Origin: Octopus sinensis
Lineage: Eukaryota
Direction of reading: 5' to 3'
NCBI RefSeq assembly: GCF_006345805.1
Contig: NC_043008.1
Coordinates: 23,684,001-23,748,000, forward strand
DNA length: 64,000 nt
Below are positions 36,311 through 51,920 of this stretch, piece by piece (the stretch's first letter is position 1; every line of letters begins with the position of its first letter). The position numbers were made by a program, and so were the translations under genes. The notes under the pieces were generated by a model that was not told the DNA's origin, did not search any database, and saw only the letters and a list, made by a program, of their open reading frames with translations.

Positions 36311-39300
36311 ACATACATACATACAGCGCACATGCATATATATCAGTAGTAGTATGCATGCATGTATGTATGTATGTATGTATGTATGTATGTATGTATG
36401 TATGTATGTATGTATGTATGTATTTATGTATTTATTTATGTCTAGTTCACCATTTTTGTATCTGCCAGTAATATTATTTGTTCCATAATTGTATTTTGTA
36501 GACTGTTTCTAATGCTGCATTATTCTTAAAATTACTGCGTTATATTTGTGTATGAATTACTGGGACTTAATAAATATAACGCTTAGAACTGTAAAAGAAG
36601 TAACAACGTTATTTCTGTATTTATCTTGGGTTGTGCTAAATATTGCTGCTCGATTGTAATTAGGGAATACACTGGATAATACATATTATAAAAAAAATAT
36701 CAGCTTTTGTCATTTTTTTATGTGCAGAACCGACTCTGTCGGGTAAATATGCCTGTGGACGAAATATGGTCCGTAAGTTGGAACACATTACCTTGTGTCT
36801 CTTTTCTATCTCACGATCGACGTCTTAGTTGTGTGTGTTTCATCTTCTTTAAAACTATTTTAGAACTATTTTACCCAATACATTTGTCAATTTTAAGACA
36901 GTTGGATGACATTTGACGGATATTTGGGCTAAGTCAACCAATCGACCAACTGTTTACTGTCATATAAGTAGTTAGTGTTTTATTTTTCATATGAATACGA
37001 AGTAGTTTACTTATTCATATCGTTGTAGTAGTTTGAGATGTAATAGGGATCACAGTTATTGACCAAAAACAGATCGCAGACTCTGTTCATTAATAAATTA
37101 TTCGCACGCAACGATACTGGGCACCAGGTGAAATTAAACACAGTACAAAGAATTTCTTATTTTTAACTATACGTAGGAAAACGTGGTTGGAAAGCAAATG
37201 CAAGCATTATCTGGTATAGAACTCAATAATTAACGAATTGAGTTCTCTACGTGATAATGTTCTACACCGAGTAGCGCGATTTACCAGGTTGTATGTAAAT
37301 ATGTATATACATTGAATGAAGAAAAGGTATTTAATGATAATCGAGTAATTTACTTCTTGCAACAATGCACATCTAAAGATAAGAACTTTGATAAGCAAGA
37401 TAAGAACTTTGGTTGAAAGCGTCTCCCTTTTGTCCATGTTCGACGCTTCCAAGTAATAATTTTAATTAGTCCCTTGTTCTAAAAATCGTTCTGCAAATTT
37501 GGAATCGTTATATTTTCCGTACTGAAATGAAATAACATCAAAAAAGAGTCGAGAAACGTAATACCATCTTGCTTAAATAAAATTTAGTAAGAATTTACTC
37601 TGTATTTCGAAGAACTAACCTACTAAGATTTCTTTTCGAACCATTGGTTTCTATGTTGTTATACTTATTAAAAACTGATTTTATTTTAGTAGGTAATTTT
37701 CCACCATTGTTCTAACAGTTGACCTGAAATATATAGATTTTTTTTCCTAAAGGAAACGAAGCAACCATCGTGCATTTTTTCTTAGGAGTTTTATTTTAAC
37801 TATCTGGTTAATTTGTCTATATTGAAAAGAATTACTAAAAAAATGTTAAGCAATATATGCAGGACGAAATTTGTCTTTCATCCGCTTCACGCTGAAGACA
37901 TCAAATACCATGGTTGTATTTCTGCGGGTTGACAAATTTTAGCTCTCTAGGAATAATGAATATCAAAAATTTGATAGCAGAAGAACACTGATATACGATA
38001 TATATATATTGATAAAATTTGCAGGGTTGGCTGTCTTATCGTTTTGGTTCATGTTTTTGCTGAAGTTATCGCTGAAAGTTGACGATAAAGGAACAGATCA
38101 ATATCAAAAGTGTTCCAGGTATGACCACATTGTTTTGTCTTCAAGCAGAGTATACTTCGCACTACATTATCCAAAGAGTCCTTTCTGTTTTCAAAATAGC
38201 ATTATTTGACTTAAGCGAGAGGAAATTAGTTTATTATTTATTATTTGAAGCAAGTTTGAACGGCTACATAGATTTTAACTCTGCTAGTGCCACTAAAGAA
38301 CACATGATCGTACACAGTATTCTCTTCTCCACTTGCTCTAATACTTTCATGAAAGAAAATAAATAACTGAAAAGTTATCGCTGTTAATTAGTATTGTTTA
38401 TAATTTCAACTGATAACAGATATTAATATTTCCACAAATAAATGAGGTGAAGTCTCTTCAATTGGGGATTTAAGCCGTGTTGCAGGCTCAGTTTGTCTAT
38501 ATCTCTATAGCACTCAGTAATGTTGTTAAACTTATACGTTATAAAGATATTTTTTCTTACACTCGATCATATTTAATTTCAAATTTTGTTGTAGCAGATT
38601 TTATCTTTTCTGTGCCGACAAAATATTTACCAGTAAGACATTATAGTTAAGTCAATCGACTTTTACCTTTATCTAGAAATTGATAATGCTTCCCTAGTGC
38701 AAAGAAAGCTAATGATGGTTGTGCAATATCGATAATAAAAAAATCAATGATATTTGAGCAATATCGATAGTCAATGTATCAATCAATATTATTATACAAC
38801 AGAGTGGAGGAATGAGAAAAATAGAGTTTTCAGTTTGTCTTCCCACTGACAATTATATCCTTTAAGTTTTCTCTTTCATTGCCATAAGGTGAAAAAGCAA
38901 CACTAGCCAAATTTGATGGTGAATTTATTCACTCTCTTTTATATGTGTTCCATCATACCAGTGTCAGATCGTTGGATGGGATACCTTGCAGCATGTTTTT
39001 TAGCCTATTTGCGTTCTGACTCCTTGAATAATATACTTAATTTGTCACCCGGTTTAAGACCGCCACCTGGTCATTAACTGCGTTATCGGAGTTCACTTTT
39101 TTGCAAAGATTCAAGGCACTAATCCTGAAGAATAATGTATATTCCCTTCCATACCAAGCATTAAAATACCCCCTCTTCACTCTTCTACCCCAATATACCT
39201 AATATACTAATCTCTCCACTCTAAGAACCTTCAAAGGGATTTCTATGCAAAAGTTCAGCTTTCTACGAATAGCAACCAATTCAACCTAAAGGCGCAAACT

Positions 39301-40394
39301 TCTGTCATAAGAAAAAGAAATGATACACAGGATAATGTAATCAGTTATATTTTGTCGTTACATCGGGAGTATCACAAGCTTACATAGGACTAAACAACAG
39401 CAACAATTTCTTGACGTGTGGCTAATTATCGGGTTTTCTTTTTGGCTAGATATTCTTCTTAATCGTTTTTTTTTCCTGGAAAATGTAGAGTTATAGAACT
39501 GTCTCTCTTCTCTCGCTTTCCATACATGCATCCAGTCGCTACTGTTAAGGCTGAACATCAGCCGCATCGACTCACCAATATTGTATGATATGCAAATGTT
39601 TTAGTGATTCTCCTTATTTCGATTATATAATGACACTCAATGACACTTAATAATTTTCGTATTGAAATGCACAAAAGTAAGGTACCTATTTACCGTTAAT
39701 GCAGTGGATCTGCGAGCGTATAGTCAAGTGGCGATTGAAACAATGCAGCGCTCTGCATTCGGGATACAAATGTTGTTTTAGTCTTGATACTAACACTCTC
39801 TACTCGACCAGCTCAATAATACATAACTGATAGCGCTAATAAACCAATAAGTTTGTTCAACTTTTTCATACAATCCTTGTTAAAGATATATAACTATTGA
39901 TGCGCTAAGTTTAGATGCATAAAGTTTAGAATTATTTGCTGTTGTATCTTAGGGAGCCATGTTCAGAGCGATTCTTGGGTAGAAGGATAGAACAATATGC
40001 GGATATAAGGCACACATTTTAACAGGATGAAAAGAGAAACCAGTCTAACGCTTGGTTTTATGTATAGTGGAACATAGCGAAATTTTGAGAAATAGAACTT
40101 CTATTTGTGGTAAAAATAAACATAAAACGTTGACTGTATAATGGATTGCTCATAAGGTTGGGGCCTTTCGTTTTCAAGTGAATGCTCGGATAAAACTCTT
40201 CAGAGAGGTACTTAGTAAAATTTAAACTTCGCATAGCTTGATGGGTGGCATCATAAATAATTATTTTAACCAGGGATCAGAACATTCCTAGTACCTGCTG
40301 ATTTTTCGGTCAGTAGACTACAGTGAAATTATTGAATCAAGGTCACTACGTAACAACTGCTTTATCGATTACTGCGAAATTTGAACTCAAAATC

Positions 40395-40790
40395 TATCTT
40401 TTAGTTTTTACTTGTTTCAATTATTGGACTGTGGCTACGTTGGCGCATCACCTTGATAGATCTCAGTCGAATAAATCAAACCCAGTACTGAAGTTTTAAA
40501 TCAGGTACTTATCTATCGGTCTGTTTTGAGGAACCACCAAATTACTCGACGTAAACAAATCAACACTGGTTCTCAAACGGTGGAGGGCGAAGATAAACAC
40601 ACATACACACACACACACATGTATGCAACGGGCTTCCACGCAATTTCCGTCTACCGAATTCCCTCAGTTGACGTTGGTTGGTCCGAGGATACATTAGAAA
40701 ACAATTGCTCAATGTGCTACGCAGTACGACTAAATCTGAAAATACATGGTTGGAAAGCGATCTTCTTAATTACACAGTCATGTCTGAGGA
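40395..40790 (-). mobile_element. old, diverged SINE family A-related copy
   Basis: TACTTATCTATCGGTCTG..CGGGCTTC..TTTCCGTCTACC..GCAGTACGACTAAATC. Confidence 0.65.
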
Positions 40791-42644
40791 GAATATATAT
40801 AAGTGTGAAAAGTATTTGGTTTGGTTGTACACTGCTATCGTCCTTCAACCATTCAGTTAGGTTGCCAATACCTCATAAATATTACATTTCCTACGTAGCT
40901 GGTAAGTTTCTTGACGGAAATGTTTAGATGTGATGTTCATATCGATATACTGTTCTACCTGACGAATTCGAAATGTATTAGCCTTCTCTGAGAATCAACA
41001 CCGCATTACAGACCCCATTTATCATAAAGCTCTACGGTAGTCAGCACTAAGAAATTATCAATGTTACATGTAAAGTAATGTTGATAAAAATATAAATGAT
41101 AATTGGTATTATTTTGTAATATTTAAAGATACATAACGCTATAAACAATGTGTTTGTATAAGATAAATAATATTTCATTGAAAATGAAGCAATATGCTTT
41201 ATATTAAAGAGTGTTTACTTACCATTCGTGTTGGTTCTTCAGCTCTGGTGAGAATGAATAAGTTTAGCAACACCATGAAACCTATACGAAACATGCTCTG
41301 CATTCTTCGGTCACTCCTCTGGAATTCTTATAAATTTCGTTTTTGATCTTTCGTTGCAGTTATTTTTCTAGATGTTGTTTCTTCAAAACACGTTTCCTTC
41401 TTGTGAAAGTTTTTGTTTCAACTAATCAATTATTCGAGATTTTTCTTTTATGAATGATACAACTTAAAATTCTCATGTATGATGCTGTTCGTGTATTGTG
41501 GTCACCGTTAGAATACTTCGTAATGTTGGTACAGCTGTGTGGAATTTTTCTCGAAACCTGAACTGCTCCTGGAAAGCGCTGCGGAACTTTGCGAGAGAAC
41601 TTTAGGAAGTCAACTGGATTCTTTGGTTTATATATACTAGTATGACTATCCCTTCTCTGCGTGATTCTTTATTATATCTCACAGAATGAATAAATAAAAT
41701 AAAGATAAATATTAAGAACGAGAGAGAGCAGTAGGAGGACCAACAGTTCAGAGGTTGGCAATTGCATGATGGGATGTAGAGAGGGGAGAGTTGCGTGTAT
41801 TACAGAGAAGCAAGAGAAGAAGGGATGGTACAAAGTGTGGATAAGAGAGTAATAAGAAGAAAGGATGAAACAAGAGCTTATTGGTATGATAGAGAAGTAG
41901 AAATATAGAAAAGAATCTTTGACAAAGAAAAATATAGGAATAAATGAGGGGAAATTGACAGTAAGAGGCAGAAAGAAAAACACAAACAAAAAATAGAAAG
42001 GAAAGATTAGATTATAGAACATGAGAAAGTGAGAATAAGGCTGAGAGGCTTATGCACGCATGCATACATACATACATACATACATACATACATACATACA
42101 TACTTACATACATACGTACATACATACATACATACATACTTACACATATACATACATACACACATACATGCGTATATGCATGGAGTGTAATATTGAAAAG
42201 TGAAGCGGAGTAAAAAATAAACAGGTGTGCGTGCGGGCATACACGCACACATACGCACACACGGATATGTATGTTTGCGTATATGTATATATATTTATTG
42301 TAAAAGAGAGTGAGTGAAAATAACAAAGAGTGAAAGTGAAGGAGGAGGGAGAGACGGAAGAAAGTGAAGAGAAAGAAGAAAAGGAAGAGAAAGAAGGGAG
42401 TGGTGTATGTGAGTGTGGTTGGGAGTAGGAGTTATGAATTTTATGCGAAGAATTAGTGTTTACTTTAAGGGATGCATTTAAAAGCGGTAAATGCGGGACT
42501 GAAGAAATAAACATGTATATGTAATACATACATACATACATACGTACATATCTACCTATCTATCGGTTGCATCTCTCATACGCATATATACACACACACA
42601 AATACATTAATATGTATACTTATAAACATATATACACACATACG

Positions 42645-42779
<135 letters not shown>

Positions 42780-44020
42780 CAGACAGAGACAGATTGGCAA
42801 AAATGTTCGAGAGCAAGATAAAAATACAAGATAAAGAGACAAAGACGCAAAACAACATGGGCGGAGTTACACCTGTGTGCGCTGTCAATCAACCATTTCA
42901 TATATTGCGTCAAAGCACCTAGAGATAGTGCTGAAGCGTAGAAATTTTAATGTTTTTTTTTTTTTCGAACAGTAAGTAGGCATAAGCCACATTACAGACA
43001 AATGGGAATATCTCAGTTATTCAGTCACCAATCGAAATTGTTTCTTCTATTATAGGTGGGCGCTGTAGGAAGTTATGTACCAACAATGGGGCGGATATAT
43101 AGGTATGTTATGTATATCACTCGCGTTCTCTCCCTCTTTCTCTCCACCTCTCCGTCTTCGTTTTTTTTCTCTCTGTCTTTGCGTGTGTGTCTCTGTGTGT
43201 GTACGCGCGCGCGAGTTTATTTGCTTTCGTAATTATACATCTCTGCATGTGTGCGTGACAGCATGTGTGAAAAATTGTGTGGGGGCATGTGTTTAAATGA
43301 CCGTGTTGTTTGACTGTATTCCATATGCCTGCATTTCCTTTTAGTTTGTACGACTGCGTGTGTCCATACCACTGCGTGTGTCCATACCACTGCGTGTGTC
43401 CATACCACTGCGTGTGGGAACTTGTGTAGATATGAGCGTGAGTTATGTACATGTATGGAAGCTTGTGCGGTTGTGTGCTATGTGTACATCTTTGCTTCGT
43501 GCTAAGTTTTAGGAGGGTCTTTAGTCTGTTTGTCACTGTGTGGGAGTCTGATGGATTCCCACCCATATTCGTATGTGTATGTATGAAAGAACGGTTTAGT
43601 ATGTACCTGTAACTGTATGTATGTATGTATGTATGTATGTATGTGTGTGTGTGTCCATGTATGTATGTATGTATGTATGTATGTATGTATGTATGTATGT
43701 ATGTGTTGGAATGTGTGTGTGTGAATCTGTGTTTGTGTTTGTAGATATAATAGAATACACATACATTAAAATATGTGTATGTGCATGTTTGCACATGTGT
43801 GTGTCTATGTATGTGTGCGTTCGTGCATGTGTTTATTGCAAGAATTCATAGGTGTGCTTTTCACCCCCTGAAATTCTGTCGGAGTGTAGAATTATAACTA
43901 AATAACAGGTTGGCTGTGTCACTGTACCTCCACAGTGCTTAATCTTGTTTTGAGTAAGCAAATGGTACATGTTTGGCCGAAACCTCGTGATTTGATGTAT
44001 GTATGTGTGCGTGTGTAAAG

Positions 44021-44069
<49 letters not shown>

Positions 44070-44856
44070 ATATGTATATATATGCATATGTATTTAAATA
44101 TATATGTATGTATATATATGTGTGTATAATTATATATATATCTATGTATATATATATGTGTATATATATGTGTATGTATATATATGTATATATATGTGTG
44201 TCTATATATATGTGTATATAAATGTATATATATGTGTGTGTGCATATATATATATATGTATATATATATACATATATATATGTATATATATATATGTATG
44301 TATGTGTGTGTGTCTAAATTTTAGACAAATGTCTGTGCGCGCGCACGCGTGTATGCGCGTAAACGTGTATTAATTGGTCGTCTACTGGGGATCACAATGA
44401 TTTTCCCTTCTTTCGTCATTATCCAGCAGATTGTAGCAGTATTGATGTTACTATATGTCCGTTATCAAAAGCAATCTTTCATCCCACAAACTGAAGATTA
44501 CTTTTCTTTTATTCTAATCCTAGAAAAGTTTCCATTTATCACTGTAGTACCTTTGAGAAAGACGTTACAATAATTATCCTTAATAATCTCATCTTTCTGG
44601 TACTTAAGCCAAAATACTATCCAGGTAAGTCTTCAACTCACGGCGTCCTATATTCACAAGTACTACAGGGTACCTCCATTCATGTTGCCTCACTCATCAC
44701 TCTAAGAGCCAACAATATATTTTCCCTTTCACTCAGCCTTCTGTATACTTTCAAGAGCAAATGCTATACTGTCCTCCAAGGCAAAATCATTCCTGCAACC
44801 ATAACAATCCGTGATAAATCACAGCATATCATGAAATATTGTTTAGTTTATTGCAA

Positions 44857-47260
44857 TACGAGGGTGGACTGAAAAGTTCATTGGCTGACTAATGTGATGC
44901 TAGAGCTTGTTAATAACTGCATTATGTCTTTGCAGCTAAACTGACATCTAACTGTTCAAAGAAGACTTCAGATGTAACTAGTAGTAACTTCTCTTGAAAA
45001 TGGACAAAATTTAGCACTGTGGTGTCGTAAAGTACCCGTGGAAAAAAAGACGTTTTAACCCCCAAGGTCATTGGTGCTGACCAGTGGCGGGTCCACAATA
45101 TTGGGGCCCTGAAACTTAAAATGTTATAGAGTCCCATCCAACAAGGGTCAAAGAATGTTCGCGCCCTTGCAAGGAACTCCAGCCCAAATGGTGGAGTGGT
45201 GAGGTGGAGCCCTTAAAATTAATCTGATAATGAGCCCTCTTTCCACCAGAAACGAGGTGTGGGTAATCACCAATATCTTTGTCGATGTGGTTGTTCCATG
45301 GCAGATCACCACAGTTTTCTTTACAAATTTAAGCATTACATTTCAGATTGTGATTGTCAAAGTCACTGGTGGGAACAAATATTTTCCAGGCTATGCCTTC
45401 CTTATACTTTTAGAGTTATGGGGGTTGAAAATTAGAGAAACCTTATATACATGCATGATGCATCATAGAATAAAGACATCAAACATAACAAATACCCCAG
45501 TTAATATAGTCTAATATTAATCCTATATTTAAGATACATATGAACATTACAAAATACTCTTTTTCTGTTTTTTTTTTTGTAGCAACGTATTCCCTTACAG
45601 CTTTGTCATATGGGAGCTTCCTGGCAATGCCATTTTCTAGAAACAACATGCATAAGGAATTTAAGCGCTCTTCAGTCATGGTAGATTGAAATTTATTCTT
45701 TATAAAGGAAAGCTTTGAGAAATTCCTTTCTGCTTCACAGATCGTCATAGACATTGTCAAGTACAGCTTAAGTGCAGTGGTAATATTAGGGGATACTTCA
45801 ATTAATTGTTGCTCAAAAAAAGCTAAAGAACTTCTATGCATTGTATTTTAGATGGTGTGTTTTCTTCAGTGTTCTGGGATTTCCTAAGATGTAAATACTC
45901 TTTGAACTGATAACACTCATTTATTAATTTGTGGTCAATATTGTCGTTGAAATGCGATATTATAAGTTTGATACTGTTCTCATCAAATTTTGAATTGTTC
46001 ATCAATTCTGAGAGGAACTAGAACCTTTTCGCAGTCTGCTCATATGGGTCCATCCTCTTGCTTAACTGGATTATCAAGCAGTCATAGACTTGATTTAGAA
46101 CTTCTATCCTACATTTTTAGCACCTTTCGAAAAACCCTATCACTTGTTCTATCTGCAAATTTCTTTGTAACAATGTGTTTGGAAGCATCAGAATAATTTG
46201 AGATGATATATTCACATAAACCTTTTGCTACTAATTCATAGTGGACAATCTTGTCGGCTGAATTTTCTTGTAGTTATTTAACAAATGAAAGCAAAGATAC
46301 TAGCAGAAGGTAACCTTCGAATACAACAGAACTGGGGGCTTGGAGTTTCTTAATTGTTTTGTTAAAATGCCCCATAACCTCTTCCTAAATGATTATTAAA
46401 ACAGCATATACTTATTTTACCAACTTGTAGTATAAATTCTTTGCATCTCGCTTACATTCAGGCTTCTCTTCTGAGTCTTCAAACATGTTTGAGAGTTTGT
46501 AAAATATCCCTATACCCATTTGTAATTATCCAGACTGCTTCATTGTGTGGGGACCATCTAGTTACTCTTAATCTCTTTAGAGAAAAGGCTAGATTGCTTC
46601 GTGTATTTAAAATTCTCCATCTTGTACAAGGTGATATTCAAACAATTTTTAAAGTAGAAAAATACTTTGTTACTGAACAGACTATAAGTTCAAAATTAGG
46701 AGGTAAACCCTTTCATTGGTCATTAAATAATGGTGTCTCGCTGAGAAAATAAGAATTCTTATCTTTACCGTGCCGATGTAGTAGTAGACATATTTGTCAA
46801 TGAGAGGAGCAAGGGTGAAATTTCCAAAACAATTCAAGAAAAGCGAATTATTTGCGCGTCATTTGTACTTTTATTTTTTATACTATTCCACACCGGCAGA
46901 AACATCAAGAAGAACAGCTCGTAGCTAGACACTGCGTGTCTAGACTCTGCGTAGGAGTATGAGATGACGTTGTCCACTAAGACTGGTAACAGCAATCTGC
47001 ATGGCAAAATACAAAAACAAAAGAAATTGACAGAATGAAAAAAATTAAGTTGCTTTAGAGGGGCCCCTCCAGAATTAGGGGCCCTGAAGCTTAAGCTTCA
47101 TTAGTTTTATAGTAGGTTCGTGACTGGTGCTGCCATCGTTGCTACATTAGCTTTTTCAACTGTGCAAAAGTGTGTAGCTGAATTTAGGAGAGGAAAGGAG
47201 AGTTTTGAAGATTACACAAGGTCTGGACGTCCTGTAAGTGCCACCACCAAGGAAGACTAT
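44857..47260 (+). mobile_element. mariner 5' part split by a hAT insertion
   Basis: TACGAGGG terminus; MDKI*HCGVVKY..TPKVI continues after the insertion as FSTVQK..AEFRRGKESFED..RSGRP. Confidence 0.8.
45082..47126 (-). mobile_element. hAT element, internally deleted, ZMYM1/THAP-like transposase group
   Basis: Ends CAGTGGCGG / CAGTCACGA; 8-bp TSD GTGCTGAC / GTGCTGCC; dimerisation motif ICEAERNFSKLSFIKNKFQSTMTEERLNSL. Confidence 0.88.
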
Positions 47261-47861
47261 AAATAAATCAGTATATTAGCCATTTGCTTTTACAAGGTAT
47301 TTGAGAGTGGGGCGAAAGTCGTAAGACTCGATGTTAGAAATTACTCTTTAATATATGGTTTTGAGTACGGAAATGTCTGGTGGTGGATAAACAAATTTTA
47401 CTGGTAGAGCATAGAGATTTCTCAGGCATTTTCAGTCAGCAAAAATGCCTTAGGTTCAAGGTTATTTTCTTCAAAATCTCTTTTAACTAGTAGATATAAG
47501 TATGATAAACTACTTTGTAAAGATTTTTATTGTCACACCAATCATCTTATTTTACTTCCATATTACTGGCATAATCACTGTTGCTATTCTCCTCTTTGGT
47601 TGTAATGTTGCTGAATGTGTATACATACATAAATACACATACATACATACATACATACATACATACATACATACATACATACATACATACAGGCATGCAT
47701 GCATGCATACATACATACATACATACATACATACATACATACATACATACATACATACATACATACATACATACATACATACATAATACATACATACATA
47801 TGCATTCATGCATCCATACATATGTCTATCTATCTGTCTGTCTGCACCCCTCACACATAAA

Positions 47862-48420
47862 CACGATGAAGGCTGAAAAGTTCATAGGTTGATAGTCACA
47901 TGGAATGTGACCAAATAACGTTTATTTTTCAACATAGTCCCACTTGCAGGCCACACACCTCTTCCATAGACTGTTATAAAAAAATGTCATCAACAGCAGG
48001 TATGATGCAATTGATTTCCAGTCATGTGTTTTTCATGTTGAGGAACAGATGAGAGTAAAATGGGGTCAAATCAGGAGATTATGGAGGGTGATCAACCAGT
48101 TCAATTATACAAACCCGCACAGCAGCCATGAAAGCAAAGATTTATGTGTCTTGAAGTAACAAGACAGCTTTCGTCAATTTTCCTGGCATTTGGTCTTCAT
48201 AGACTTTCATAATAGCCTCAGCAAGTTGGCAGGTCCTTCTGATGATAGTCCATAAACACACTAGCTTTTGCATCCCCAAAAGCTGACGACATTATTTTCC
48301 CTGCAGTTGAAACGACCTTGGCCTACTTTGGCGCAAGTGAGGAGTGGTGTTTCCGCTACATGGACTGTCTCTTTATCTCTGGCTCAAAGTGATGAACCCA
48401 ACACTGATCCTGGGTTAGGA
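47862..48420 (-). mobile_element. mariner 3' remnant
   Basis: Terminus ACGA..GCTGAAAAGTTCATAGG resembles the 44857 TIR; degenerate transposase sequence. Confidence 0.6.
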
Positions 48421-50599
48421 AACGCTCAAGTAAACCAGCTGGATCTACCTGGGACATTTTATTCTTAATTTTAATTTTTCTGGAAAGAGAAATAAAGAAT
48501 AAAAAAGGGAGATGTTCCTGTTACTGCATTGAAATGAACTGGAACGCGTCATATACGTGATGTCGCGATGTCCATTACTTAAATATAACTGGGTTATTCA
48601 CTTTTCCTTTTGTATTGAAGAATATGCTATCTTGAGACTAGCACGTTATTAATAATTACTATACCCTTTAGTTGTATTGATATTTCGAATTTAAAAGTAC
48701 ATTGAATGTCTATCTTTTGTTTTAAACTTGCTTTTGTTGTAAATGATCAACTTTCTCACCACTCTATGCAAATTGTGCAACTCACTGAATATATTACTTT
48801 GTGGAATATAATTATACACTTTATTTATACAATCAATTGATAAGTTGTTCCACACAAACAAATGCAATATAAGTTGTCTGCTTGTCTAATTACATTTGCA
48901 TTAATAGTATTGTGACTGATTATTTCGTACACAGTGATTCAATAAATGTTTTCTTTTATTAGAAAAAGTAGATTCTTAAAGCGAATATTTAGAAAATGTT
49001 AATTCTGGGTAAGGCAGCTCCAATGAGAAACCCATATTCAGTAAATGGAAACATTATTTTAGGTTCAAACAAAAGAGAGAATCACTGAATTTGTTTAGAT
49101 GCAAGCCAGTATCCCTTTTACTGTTGTGACTACAGCATTATCTGCACTATAAGTTTTGGTTTATCTTAGGAATATTGATGTTTGACATTTTTCTTGTATA
49201 TAATGGCCAAGAGTTCTCATAATCTTTAAGATTTGGGAGTTGTGATTGGGGTTTGGGTTGGTTCATAGGGAAATCCCCCATCGATTTGGATTCTTAAACT
49301 ATTTACACCTTCAGATTAATCTCATATTTAAAATGTTCCATTAGAGTCTTTCATTAATCCATTTTCTTACTTATTGGCTTTTATACTTTTGTTTTTACCT
49401 TTAAAGTTGGCAGTGCTCTAAAAATAGGGGAAGCTAATTTTGATGTTTTCTTCTTCCTTTTGTTTCTAATTTTGGTATGTATTTCTTTTCTTCTAAAAAT
49501 TCCGTTTATAATTCTCAGATACTTTTGGTTTAAATATGTATCTTCTTAAGTCAATCCTAAATCAATGGTAGTAACCATAGTTACTACCATATCAGAGTTA
49601 TGTTCTCTTCAAACGTAAGACAGATATAATGCATAACCTTGTTTAGAGGATAAACTGTTATTTAGTCCTCTCGGGTCAGTATTTGCAAGACTTTAGTAAA
49701 ATCAACTTTTTTTTTTTTTGGAAATCTACTTACATTTTCTAATTTTATACAACAAAATACACATCTTGAATGGTATCATGTCTATTTCAATTCAATATAA
49801 ATTTTTAGTACACGTCATTCAAGACTTGATACATTAGCATTGATTTATTTCATTGATTGTCGTACTTATTGGATAGACTTATCGGTGTTGAACTGACTTG
49901 TAGAGCATTGGTGCTACTGCTGCTGATGTTATTGCATGCTGTTGTATATCCTGATTGATGGGCTCCATCATGGAAGATGTTCTATCCGTGACAATTGTTT
50001 CTAAATTCGTCACAAGACCAGTAATTTGAAGGGATGAGGTAGTTGAAACCTCAGTACTTAGTTGTCACTTAATGAATAGCCGAGCGATAAAAAACAAAGT
50101 TGACCTGGGAATGATATTGAACTGAGCAGGTAAAGTGTAGGAAATAATAACGGAAGGCATTTCTGTCGATGTGTTTACTACTCTGCCAGATGACCAACTT
50201 TTTTATGACAATTAGGAATATGATAAATACTATATTCCATTAGGAATATAATAAATAATTAAATCCTGTAGTAATTCAGATAATGTCTCTGCTAGTGCTT
50301 TGATTGATATCTAGATAAGAGATGAAAAAAATCAAGGTAAACAATTAAACGAAACAACAAAAAAATCTATAAAAACAATGAACTAGAGTAGAAAGTCAAT
50401 GCACCTAGGTTATAGCGTAAAGAAAGGAAAGAAAAGTAAACGTTTCGGGCAGTTGCATTCCCTCCATTGAACAGTGGAGGGAATAGATCCTATTTGTTTC
50501 TTCGGGGATAGGAAAAATGAATACGGCCAGAGCATGGCTATTGCTAATCCTTTGTATTTACTTTTCGTAGTGTGCATTTCAGTACAGAGTTTGGGGTTA

Positions 50600-50966
50600 T
50601 AAAGTTATTGATGTTGCATCTCTACATGTATGCATTGTTTCTTTCTCTTGACTAAATATTATACTCGTACTTTGTTCTATGATTATATAGAGACTATGGA
50701 AAGTGCGGGTAAAATGTATCCCTAAAGTTATAGGTGCATTAAAAACTATCCTTAAAGATTTGAATACATGGATAGAGGAAATAGGCATAAAACCCAGTTT
50801 AGTACAGTTCCAGATAACAGTGCTATTATACTTAGGAGGGATACTTAGGAGGATTCTTGGTATCTAAGGTTACTTGTTGTATCCCGATGTTAGGAATCTT
50901 TCTTTCTAACAATCTAATCTGTTGAGTGTATATGAAATAGTAATAATAATGGCAACAACAACAATA

Positions 50967-51027
<61 letters not shown>

Positions 51028-51920
51028 AAGATAGATAGATATGGCTAAGAGGAAAACAGGCATAATCACTTCAAGCATTGATAGAAGTCTACACGTCATG
51101 GCTAGCTCAAATGTCGCAGTGGTTCGGTATAAAGCTGCGACTCTGAAGTGGACAGAGAATGAGCTAAATGAACTGGACAGGAAGACAAGGAAGCTCATAA
51201 CAGTGCTTGGAACCAATAATCCACTTGCAGACATTGCTCGTCTATACATGGGGACTGATAAATATGGAAGTATGTGTAGCGTATTGCACATGGGAACTTA
51301 CTGAGATATCTAACCCAAAGTGAGGAAACCAAGGCAGTTAGATATGCGGGCATATTGAAAGGAGGATAAAAGAAAACAAAACAAGAAATACAAGGACATG
51401 ATAAAATACTACGCAACAAGGGACAACACAGTTGATTCTATGTAACTACAACTGAAGTTACTGGAGAGCATAAGTGTGACTAGTTAAAGAAAAGAACACT
51501 AAAAAGGAAATTGTGGACACTATACTGGCAGCACAAGACCAAGCTTTGGCCACAAAACTGGAAGGCCAACTTTAGAAATGAAGAAAAGTATCTATCTGTA
51601 ATAGATTTGATGAAACCATTGCCCATATGTTGAACGAATGCCCTCGACTTGCCCCAAGCCAATATAAGCTGTGGCAACACGATGAGGTAGCTAAAGGGCT
51701 GCACTGGAAACTGTAAAAAATGGGAGTTTAGAGCTTAAGGCACAAAGACCAGATGCTTGAGTACAACAAACTGGATATAGTGGTGGCAGTCAAAATGAGC
51801 CATATGTACTCTATAATTCATATCAAGTGCACTTTAACACACGAATGGTTAAGAAGGAATGCGAAAAAATAGACCGGCTGTGGAAAATGAAGGTCAAGGT
51901 AGTACCAATTATTGTTTGGT
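50600..51920 (+). mobile_element. R4/Dong-like LINE remnants, two pieces separated by (TAGA)n/(GA)n
   Basis: KWTENELNELDRKTRKL..DIARLY, KVVPIIV, IPKVIGALKTI..GILRRILG. Confidence 0.65.

Noticed and set aside
40955-40985. CTAC-CTGACGA-ATTC-GAAA-TGTA-TTAG
   Set aside because: No room for stem II and a mismatched stem I; could be chance
43350-43405. Three 18-bp repeats CTGCGTGTGTCCATACCA
   Set aside because: Direct tandem with no spacers in eukaryotic DNA; a minisatellite, not a CRISPR array
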